DNA of 64,000 nt from a virus (Duplodnaviria; Caudoviricetes): IMG/VR virus record IMGVR_UViG_3300047094_001064, positions 1,140 to 65,139 of that record; one strand, written 5' to 3'. The stretch's first letter is position 1, and each line of letters starts with the position of its first letter. Shown piece after piece: positions 8,300 to 15,562 of the stretch. The notes beneath the pieces were generated by a model that saw nothing but the letters and a program-made list of their open reading frames with translations, had not been told where the DNA came from and ran no database searches. The translations under genes were made by a program, and so were the position numbers.

Positions 8300-9498
8300 C
8301 ACTATCAAAGGTAGCAAATTTAATTCAAAAGAATTTAGGTAATTTAACAGGTGGAGGTCTGGCTGGTATTGGCGCTGGATTAGTAGGAGGATTATTAGAT
8401 GGTGCAAAGAATAGTGTACAGACAAATGCCGCTGCTGCTAAAATATTAAACAAATCACCTTTAGAAATAGACGATACAAGTCCTGTGTCGCATATGAAAG
8501 AAAATCCATATAACTATGGTACAGTGTATTATCCATCTGATATACAAAATTTAGGTACAGGTCATTATATGCTATTTGATGTTATAGTTAATGATCATAC
8601 GACATATCAAAATGCATCATTTAAAAATAATAAAATAAGTCCTAACAAAGTTACGAATAGAGTTTTAGGTCAAGATATAGACGCAGCAGCTGTAGGTGGA
8701 ACATTTTCTGGTTCAACAGTTAAACAAAAAGGTTTTACAGGTAGAGTTGCTACATTAAAAGAAAATGGATTAGAACAAAGTAGAATTACAACTTTATCAT
8801 CAGGAATTCAAAAAGGTAAAGGTGCAGGTGTAGGAGCAACACATAATAGAGTAACAGATACGATTGTACTATATACTCCTAAAGATTTAAAAACAACTTA
8901 TCTTGTGAATCACGAAGGTGCTGAAACAGGAATGTTAGGTGATTTAGCAGGAATAGATTTTACATCACCAAGTGATATTGCAGGAAGATTAAAAGAAATT
9001 CCAACAAGATTTTTAACTGAAGTTGCTGCTATGGGATTAGCAATTATACCAGGTGCTGGTGATTTAAAAGCGGCAATGACACGTACTACTGGTAGAGCAT
9101 TTAATAACAATTTAGAAATGGTATTTAAAGGTGTACCAATGAGAGAATTTTCTTATGAATTTGAATTTGCACCACGTAATAGAAAAGAATTAGATAGTGC
9201 ACAAAAGATTATTAACTTATTTAAATTTCATATGCATCCAGAATTAGGTAGTGGTAATGATTTTATAACACCATCTGAATTTCAAATAACATATATGTAT
9301 ATGCAAAATAGAAATTCATATATTCCTAGAATCAGCAGATGCGTATGTACTTCATTAGAATTATCACACGGAGCAGAAGGCGTATTCAGTACTTTTGCTG
9401 GTGATGAATTAGGCGCAGCACCCATATACACAAAAATGTTATTAAAATTTAGTGAAACAGAAATTATGACTAAGAAAACTATTGCTGAAGGATTTTAA
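8296..9498 (+). CDS. gp48: baseplate tail-tube cap
   Basis: YP.D...GHY.LF, I.LY.P, NN..E..FKG...REFSYEF.FAPRN..E, II..FK.HM.P. Confidence 0.9.
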   Translation: MALSKVANLIQKNLGNLTGGGLAGIGAGLVGGLLDGAKNSVQTNAAAAKILNKSPLEIDDTSPVSHMKENPYNYGTVYYPSDIQNLGTGHYMLFDVIVNDHTTYQNASFKNNKISPNKVTNRVLGQDIDAAAVGGTFSGSTVKQKGFTGRVATLKENGLEQSRITTLSSGIQKGKGAGVGATHNRVTDTIVLYTPKDLKTTYLVNHEGAETGMLGDLAGIDFTSPSDIAGRLKEIPTRFLTEVAAMGLAIIPGAGDLKAAMTRTTGRAFNNNLEMVFKGVPMREFSYEFEFAPRNRKELDSAQKIINLFKFHMHPELGSGNDFITPSEFQITYMYMQNRNSYIPRISRCVCTSLELSHGAEGVFSTFAGDELGAAPIYTKMLLKFSETEIMTKKTIAEGF

Positions 9499-10031
9499 TG
9501 TATTTCTCATATTTTCCAAAAGGTTTATACGATTTAAAAGGTGATGGTAATTATAAACTAGTCACTGATTTATTAAAACGTGTAAAGGTTAGATCAAAAG
9601 TTTTAAACGAAGCTAGTTTATATGATTTATACGATATACCAGAAGGCGAGACACCTGAAATGACAGCATTCAAACATTTTGGAAGTACTGCATATCACTG
9701 GATTATATTAATGACAAATAATATTACAGATCGTTATTATGGCTGGCCATTGACAACAGAACAATTTGATACCTATGTTGCTGATAAGTACACAAATCCT
9801 AACGGCATACATCATTACGAAATTACACAACTTAGCGGCAATACAACAACATCAGGTCCAAGTGACTACAGTATGAAAATTGAAGTAAATTCCACAACAC
9901 CTAACGCTGTTGCTGTGACTAATAGAGAATATGAGGAAAGATTACAAGACGAAAAAAGACAAATCAAATTATTAAATGTTGCTTACTTACCTGTATTATT
10001 AGAAGAATTTGAAAACTTGATGGTTGAATAA
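9498..10031 (+). CDS. gp53: baseplate wedge subunit (LysM-like)
   Basis: YFSYFP, Y.I.EGETPE..A...G....HWII...N.I.D.YY.WPL, YE....D.KRQIKLL. Confidence 0.92.
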   Translation: MYFSYFPKGLYDLKGDGNYKLVTDLLKRVKVRSKVLNEASLYDLYDIPEGETPEMTAFKHFGSTAYHWIILMTNNITDRYYGWPLTTEQFDTYVADKYTNPNGIHHYEITQLSGNTTTSGPSDYSMKIEVNSTTPNAVAVTNREYEERLQDEKRQIKLLNVAYLPVLLEEFENLMVE

Positions 10032-11515
10032 TGAGTACCATATATGATACACTGGACGCAAGTACCTTAAGAAAACCTGGTGCGTTTTCATTAACAGATA
10101 TAAATTTAGTATCCTATTCTAGCGCAAAAGGCGATACTGAACCTAAAAGAATTTCAATTGAGACTATGGTCGTAGATTTAAATATCTATGAAAGCATATT
10201 CAATAAATGTTTATCCGGTAATCTATTGGTTGTTGACTCTAACAATGTAGTTGGAAATATGCCATTGACTGGCTATGAACGTTTAGAATTTAAATTCTTT
10301 ACACCATCAAGCTCCAAGGGTTATGATTTTTCAGTTAAATCAGGTAACCCAATGTACATATACAAAATCAGCAAGAGACAAGCTATTAATCCTAGAACGC
10401 AAATGTATATATTACATTTTTGTAGTAAAGAATTAATGACGAATGAGGAAGTAAAAGTACAAAATGCACAGACTGATACCTATACGAATATGGTAGCTAA
10501 TATTGTTACAAATTCAGATTTTTTAAATACTGCTAAAAATATATATGTAGAACCTTCACAAGGATTACACACAGAAGTGTTTGGTAGTGATAGACCTTTT
10601 GACGCAATAGAACATTTATCACTTAAAACAATTAGTTCAAAGTATAATAACGCTGGTTATCATTTTTACGAAACTTCTGATGGATTCTTTTATCGCTCAT
10701 TAGAAAGTATGTTAGCTGTTGAATCAAATACAGCAAGACCCGTACTTGCAAAGTTTAGACCTAAACCAGCCAATATACGTGACGGTGGTAATAAGGATAT
10801 AAAGAACGAAATGCAAATCGCTATTAAGTTTAAAATCGTAGATCAATTTGATACATTGAAAAATTTAAGAAATGGCGTATATGCAAGTAAACTCATTACA
10901 CACGATGCAACCTATAAACAGTTTAAAGTACACGATTTTGATTATAATACAGAATATGAACAATCAATGCACACTGAACCAGGTAAAGATGGTATACGTA
11001 CAGACAATACAGGAATACTGCCGTTGTTTAATAAAGAAGGTAAATTCCTTTCTTCACAATACAATACAAGCAGAATGTTTGCATCGAGTACACAGAAAAT
11101 ACACGATAACACAGAACTTCCAAATCCAAGAGACTATTTACAAAAACGATTATCACAGCGCCTTGCGTTTACATCTTTTAAATTAGAAATTACAGTACCA
11201 GGATTTACCGGATTAACAGCAGGAGATTTAATTACTTTTGAAATGCCATCGTTTCAACCTTATGGCGAAGGCAATCCACGTGATAATGACCCTTATATGA
11301 GTGGCCGTTATTTAATTACTTCTATACGTCATCAATTAAATCGTAAACAAAATAAACACATAATGATTTTAGAGTGTATGAAAGACAGTGTAAGAAAACC
11401 TTATCCTGAAGAAAATGTAGATACATTCACAGGTAAAGAAAAAGAACGTAGAGGTATAATCAATATATACGAATTGGATAAAAATACAACAAACGCATTA
11501 AACAACTTTTTTTAA
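10031..11515 (+). CDS. baseplate hub protein (gp27/gpD-like)
   Basis: IYESIF...LSG...VD, PL.G.ERLE, FYET..GF.YRSLE, VPG...L.AGD.I, SGRYLIT.IRH; sits between gp53 and gp5. Confidence 0.7.
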   Translation: MSTIYDTLDASTLRKPGAFSLTDINLVSYSSAKGDTEPKRISIETMVVDLNIYESIFNKCLSGNLLVVDSNNVVGNMPLTGYERLEFKFFTPSSSKGYDFSVKSGNPMYIYKISKRQAINPRTQMYILHFCSKELMTNEEVKVQNAQTDTYTNMVANIVTNSDFLNTAKNIYVEPSQGLHTEVFGSDRPFDAIEHLSLKTISSKYNNAGYHFYETSDGFFYRSLESMLAVESNTARPVLAKFRPKPANIRDGGNKDIKNEMQIAIKFKIVDQFDTLKNLRNGVYASKLITHDATYKQFKVHDFDYNTEYEQSMHTEPGKDGIRTDNTGILPLFNKEGKFLSSQYNTSRMFASSTQKIHDNTELPNPRDYLQKRLSQRLAFTSFKLEITVPGFTGLTAGDLITFEMPSFQPYGEGNPRDNDPYMSGRYLITSIRHQLNRKQNKHIMILECMKDSVRKPYPEENVDTFTGKEKERRGIINIYELDKNTTNALNNFF

Positions 11516-11631
11516 CCGCAGAGACGCTCGCTAAGACGGCCGGCTAACGGCTGAAAAATATGAGAATATATATACGGCCTATACAGCTACGGTGCCTAAA
11601 TATACATAACAACTGATAGAGGAGTAAATCA

Positions 11632-11727
11632 ATGATTAATGAACTAAACTTTACAGGTTTCAAAGAAGCCTTGAGAAATATAAAGAAATGGCTCACTGCC
11701 AGAAAATGTAAGTGTAAACAAAAATGA
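11632..11727 (+). CDS. 31-aa basic micro-protein
   Basis: MINELNFTGFKEALRNIKKWLTARKCKCKQK, with a strong AGAGGAG RBS. Confidence 0.55.
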   Translation: MINELNFTGFKEALRNIKKWLTARKCKCKQK

Positions 11728-11861
11728 ATGAAAAAAAGACATTATCGGAACAGCTGAAAGAACTCTATGTTAAATGCCGTCTTGCGACCTTTACGAACAG
11801 TGAATACTGGCTTTATGTATGTATTATATTGTTTTGTTTATGGTATTTAAAGGCCGCGTGA
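11724..11861 (+). CDS. 45-aa micro-protein with C-terminal TM
   Basis: MNEKKTLSEQLKELYVKCRLATFTNSEYWLYVCIILFCLWYLKAA; ATGA overlap with the previous ORF. Confidence 0.5.
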   Translation: MNEKKTLSEQLKELYVKCRLATFTNSEYWLYVCIILFCLWYLKAA

Positions 11862-11948
11862 GTTTGCGTAGAATAGGAATAAATAGATGTTTATGACGTA
11901 TGCCGTTGTGTTATTATCGTTCGGCTTTAGCGAGCGTTCGGAGAGAAT

Positions 11949-12821
11949 ATGAATGAAAATTTTTTAGGCCAAAACGGCTTTATATGGTTTGTCGGTGTTG
12001 TAGAAGATCGGCAAGATCCATTACGTATCGGCCGTGTGCGTGTAAGAGTGCTTGGTGTACATACGGAGAATAAACAAATATTGCCGACTGAGAATTTGCC
12101 TTGGGCGACTATTGTGTTGCCGGTGATCTCTAGCGGCATTAGTGGATTTGGTTGGTCAAAGCCGTTTTTGGTTGAGGGCAGTTGGGTGATGGGTTATTTC
12201 CGTGATGGAATGGGAAAACAGGAACCGGTGGTGCTTGGCAGTTTACCTGGTTATACAATTGCATATGGTGATCCAAAGATTGGCTTTAGCGATCCTAGAC
12301 CACGTGAGGATAATGAAGAGCTTTCCGTTTATCCTTTATATACAAACGAATCTGATGTTTCACGTATAGCGGTGGGTGATGAAGAAAAGCCGCATCCGAG
12401 CCGAGCCGTTATGCAGGCTGCACGTGTAACCGGTATAACAAGTGTCAATACAACTTGGGATCAACCAGCCATACCCGGCATATCATCTTATCCATACAAT
12501 AACACATATGAAACAGAAGCTGGCCATACATTTACATTTGACGACACACCCGGCAATGAACACGTAACTCTAAGATCAAACACTGGCTCATATATCACAA
12601 TGGATAGCAATGGCAATGTGATCTCATATACTAAGAATAACAGCTATAGCATTACAGAAAACAATAGTCATATATACATACAAGGTGAATGGAATGTAAC
12701 AGCGAATGGAAATCTAAACATACATAGCAATAACAATTTAAATCTATTTGCAGCCGGGAATATGAATTTAACTGCCGGTGGCGCAGTGGCCATCAGTGGC
12801 GCAACAATTGATCTGAACTAA
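11949..12821 (+). CDS. gp5: baseplate central spike (OB-fold plus short beta-helix, no lysozyme domain)
   Basis: WFVGVVEDRQDPLRIGRVRVRVLG.HT, LPWA, GSWVMGYFRDG..Q.PVVLGS, YPYN..YET.AGH...FDDTPG.E, ends IDLN. Confidence 0.93.
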   Translation: MNENFLGQNGFIWFVGVVEDRQDPLRIGRVRVRVLGVHTENKQILPTENLPWATIVLPVISSGISGFGWSKPFLVEGSWVMGYFRDGMGKQEPVVLGSLPGYTIAYGDPKIGFSDPRPREDNEELSVYPLYTNESDVSRIAVGDEEKPHPSRAVMQAARVTGITSVNTTWDQPAIPGISSYPYNNTYETEAGHTFTFDDTPGNEHVTLRSNTGSYITMDSNGNVISYTKNNSYSITENNSHIYIQGEWNVTANGNLNIHSNNNLNLFAAGNMNLTAGGAVAISGATIDLN

Positions 12822-12983
12822 CGAAGTATACCAAAGCCGGCCGGCCATATAATTTAAAAGCCAAGCAGTAAACTATAATGACTCAATAACGGTATCCATT
12901 ATATAACGGCTTCGTATATAAGGTGGGTGGGGGCAAATCTATAGAGCTTTATGTAGTATCTTTAGTTGTAAAAATTTTTTCGA

Positions 12984-13565
12984 CTATTTTTTTTCTTCGT
13001 ATATCGTGTCAAATGCTATTGTGATTCTTTCACTGTCACACGGCTTTGTATAATGATTGATATAACTAGAGAACAATACAAGTAAACCATTCTCTGGTTG
13101 TAGTATCATTTCTTTTCGTGTATAGTTGTTTTCTACGTTATATTTACAATCTACCATACGATATATGTTCAATGGATTTTCAAGTATTAATGGACTTGTT
13201 TTATCATTTACAACAGGATAATAGACTCCACTGATTACAGATAGTTCGTGGCGATGTGGAAGTATCATACCATTGGATTGCGTGATATTAAACCAAGATG
13301 ATGATATACTTACTTTTGGTATACCTATTGTGGAACAATACTCATATACTTTGTTTTGCAATACTGTTCCGGTAGAAATAAAGTTTGTTTCATTTAACAA
13401 TGTTTCAGTATTGTCAAAGTAACTTGTTATGCCATTATGTACTAATGGTTCTGATGTATTGATTTTTTTATAATTGCGTAGATTGGTTACAAGGGTTTCG
13501 TTGTTTATTTCATCGGCTGTTATATTATATAAACCAATGGGTATACTAAATCCAGGAACGACCAT
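12984..13565 (-). CDS. putative 2OG-Fe(II) oxygenase (TIGR02466-like)
   Basis: SWFN......PHRH..S.ISGVYY, LF.SY..H...P....RITIAF. Confidence 0.8.
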   Translation of the reverse strand: MVVPGFSIPIGLYNITADEINNETLVTNLRNYKKINTSEPLVHNGITSYFDNTETLLNETNFISTGTVLQNKVYEYCSTIGIPKVSISSSWFNITQSNGMILPHRHELSVISGVYYPVVNDKTSPLILENPLNIYRMVDCKYNVENNYTRKEMILQPENGLLVLFSSYINHYTKPCDSERITIAFDTIYEEKK

Positions 13566-13574
13566 AATTAGATT

Positions 13575-14006
13575 TTAGTTACACCACGACTCTTTTGCAA
13601 GACCGTAATACTCTCGTGCGTATCCATTTTGTATTAATAATACACGTAACGATTTACCATCTATTAATACATCACCTAATACACGTCCACCAAACTTATC
13701 CCAATCAGATATGGCGATTTGTATTTTCTTGCCGTTAGCAATTGTTTTCTTTGTAAATTCAGATGCGGCTAGACCTTTAGCGTTTTCAGATTCACATTTA
13801 GCACGAAATCCTTTTTCTGGCGTATCCACACCATAGACACGAATCAGTAATTCTTTTTTAAGTGGATCGGGTAGAAACTTCGCTTCAAAACCTACAGTAT
13901 CACCATCTAATACTCTTGTTAATTTATAATCATATACTTTCATTTCTACTTGCTTCGCCAGCGCCAAAGAGGGTAGAAACATACATAACAATAATAATAT
14001 TTTCAT
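13575..14006 (-). CDS. thermonuclease (SNase-like) with signal peptide
   Basis: RVLDGDTV, IRVYGVDTPE, DKFGGRVLG.V, LI..GYAR.Y; N-terminus MKILLLLCMFLPSLALA. Confidence 0.9.
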   Translation of the reverse strand: MKILLLLCMFLPSLALAKQVEMKVYDYKLTRVLDGDTVGFEAKFLPDPLKKELLIRVYGVDTPEKGFRAKCESENAKGLAASEFTKKTIANGKKIQIAISDWDKFGGRVLGDVLIDGKSLRVLLIQNGYAREYYGLAKESWCN

Positions 14007-14013
14007 ATGTTCT

Positions 14014-14042
14014 AATATATCATCATTTAATCATTTTGTCAA
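14014..14042 (-). promoter_or_regulatory. sigma70-type (early) promoter of the nuclease gene
   Basis: TTGACA (14042-14037), 17 bp, TGn-TATATT (14019-14014). Confidence 0.75.
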
Positions 14043-14200
14043 GTGCTTTTTATAGATATCCAAGGATAGGTAAATGCCGTTACTAAATGAATTTGATTAT
14101 ATGTTATATTCCAGGCACATTCTATCCACTCTCTTTCATAATCATATTCCTGAAAATTGCCAGCATTATACTGAGGTTCGTTTTGTCTGTCTGTGTACAT
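14039..14200 (-). CDS. 53-aa hypothetical protein (not in ORF track)
   Basis: MYTDRQNEPQYNAGNFQEYDYEREWIECAWNITYNQIHLVTAFTYPWISIKST; fills the gap in a same-strand cluster. Confidence 0.5.
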   Translation of the reverse strand: MYTDRQNEPQYNAGNFQEYDYEREWIECAWNITYNQIHLVTAFTYPWISIKST

Positions 14201-14204
14201 ACTA

Positions 14205-14450
14205 TTATTTAGACAATAGTTTCTTTATTTCTTCATACCAATAGATACCACTATCTCTTAATTTTTCATTCGAAGTACGTAGTTTTTCCATACGTCTTTT
14301 AAAATAGGCCAGTTGAGTACGATTTAATAAATCTTTATTCTCAACATAATTAATAATATGGTCTATATCAGGACAAGTAAAGTCAGGTATCTTTGGTGCT
14401 TTTTTCTTTAAAGTTTTTAAATTAGGTTTTCTTTGTTTTCTACCAACCAC
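14205..14450 (-). CDS. basic hypothetical phage protein
   Basis: GTG start with AGGAG RBS; KKKAPKIPDFTCPDID...LR.SNE.LR.SG.YWY. Confidence 0.65.
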   Translation of the reverse strand: MVGRKQRKPNLKTLKKKAPKIPDFTCPDIDHIINYVENKDLLNRTQLAYFKRRMEKLRTSNEKLRDSGIYWYEEIKKLLSK

Positions 14451-14607
14451 GTTTTCTCCTACCTTTTAACGCTAACAGTTTAAGTTTTTTTAATTGTTTT
14501 AGTCTTTTTAAATAGCGTTTTGTTTGACAAAAGATAGAGATGTAAATATATCCTAAACCAGCAATGATACTGGCAAGTATGATTAATCCTACGTATAGAT
14601 GGTTCAT
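14440..14607 (-). CDS. 55-aa membrane-anchored basic peptide (not in ORF track)
   Basis: MNHLYVGLIILASIIAGLGYIYISIFCQTKRYLKRLKQLKKLKLLALKGRRKRGW. Confidence 0.5.
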   Translation of the reverse strand: MNHLYVGLIILASIIAGLGYIYISIFCQTKRYLKRLKQLKKLKLLALKGRRKRGW

Positions 14608-14630
14608 TTATACCCTTTGTTGTGTCAAAG

Positions 14631-14652
14631 GGTGCCTAGCTTCCTAGGCACC
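14631..14652 (-). terminator. intrinsic terminator-like hairpin
   Basis: GGTGCCTAG-CTTC-CTAGGCACC 9-bp stem just downstream of the 14670..14825 ORF. Confidence 0.7.
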
Positions 14653-14669
14653 TGAAATATAGATTGTTA

Positions 14670-14825
14670 TTATTCTTCGTCTGTTTCGTCTATTTCTTCT
14701 TCTTCTTCATACGAAACACTTATCTTATCTTCTAAGTCGTATAATAAGTCGTCAATTTCAGATTGCTTTTCTTTTATAGATTCAATGATATCTTCAGGAG
14801 TTACTATTTTCTTTTTTTTAGCCAT
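14670..14825 (-). CDS. 51-aa bipolar (basic N-terminus, acidic C-terminus) late protein
   Basis: MAKKKKIVTPEDII...EEEEEIDETDEE; AGGAG RBS before the ATG at 14825, so the longer ORF-track start is unlikely. Confidence 0.7.
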   Translation of the reverse strand: MAKKKKIVTPEDIIESIKEKQSEIDDLLYDLEDKISVSYEEEEEIDETDEE

Positions 14826-14850
14826 AAAACTCCTATGTTGTTGGCAATAG

Positions 14851-14862
14851 TATTTATAAATA
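14851..14862. promoter_or_regulatory. palindromic bidirectional late promoter
   Basis: TATTTATAAATA contains TATAAATA on both strands, between divergent genes. Confidence 0.8.
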
Positions 14863-14887
14863 GTAGTGCTCAAATTAAAAAAGAAAT

Positions 14888-15553
14888 ATGGCATATAATC
14901 GTAGTCTTATAAAAATTAGCCCTAAAACATTTCCTGATCAATTTAGAAGTTCAGTAAATAGAGAAACGGGTAAAATACTAGACGAATTAGTTTTAATAGA
15001 TTCAAGTAAATTATCTACTACAAATTTAAATTCATCAATTGATAATAAATTATCTGTAGTAGGAGTGGCTTCAACAATTATACCTACAACAACAGGTGTA
15101 AGTGATTTAGGAAGTTCAACTAAAAAATTCAGAGCTTTAAATTTAAGTTCTAATATTACTGCGGCAGGAACATTAAATACTTTTGGTACAGTAGAAATAA
15201 GTGGAAATACAATTCGCTCTACAGATACAACCTTATTAACTATAAATGATAATTTAACAGTTCAAGGCGCAGTGAATGCAACATCAGTTGTATCGTCAGG
15301 TTCAGTATCAGGAACAACAGGTGTTTTCAGTGGAGCAGTTTCAGGTACAAGTTTTACAGGAGCAGTTTCAGGTGCAGTTACAGGTAATGTAACAGGAAAC
15401 GTATTAGGAAATTTAACAGGTAACGTAACAGGAAACGTACAAGGTAATTTAACAGGTAACGTAAATGCTACAACAGTAACAACATCAACGGCAATAGTAG
15501 GTGGTTCAAATATAAGATCATTTGCTGTGGCTATGGGTGTAGCACTATCATAA
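14888..15553 (+). CDS. short fibre/connector-like structural protein with GN[VL]T repeats
   Basis: IIP....SDLGSS.KKF, tandem GNVT/GNLT tetrapeptides, C-terminal AVAMGVALS. Confidence 0.65.
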   Translation: MAYNRSLIKISPKTFPDQFRSSVNRETGKILDELVLIDSSKLSTTNLNSSIDNKLSVVGVASTIIPTTTGVSDLGSSTKKFRALNLSSNITAAGTLNTFGTVEISGNTIRSTDTTLLTINDNLTVQGAVNATSVVSSGSVSGTTGVFSGAVSGTSFTGAVSGAVTGNVTGNVLGNLTGNVTGNVQGNLTGNVNATTVTTSTAIVGGSNIRSFAVAMGVALS

Positions 15554-15562
15554 ATAATCACA

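Larger units (their letters stand above)
11516..11941 (+). repeat. long-range imperfect inverted repeat flanking the hub-gp5 intergenic region
   Basis: ACGCTCGCTAA (11524-11534) and TTAGCGAGCGT (11927-11937) are a perfect 11-bp match. Additional pairings: CCG/CGG, GCCG/CGGC and ACGGC..ATAC/GTAT.GCCGT. Confidence 0.75.

Noticed and set aside
11504-11966. Gene-60-style translational bypass from the hub end (AAC TTT TTT TAA) to gp5 (AAT TTT TTA), giving a VgrG-like fusion
   Set aside because: The gap is about 450 nt, gp5 has its own SD and ATG, and TTT matches are common in this genome. Simple +1 or -1 slips hit stops within a few codons. Only MS could revive the idea.
15340-15470. 12-nt periodic ACAGG[TA]AA[CT] repeats resembling a CRISPR or iteron array
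   Set aside because: They encode GNVT/GNLT peptide repeats inside a CDS, with no unique spacers.
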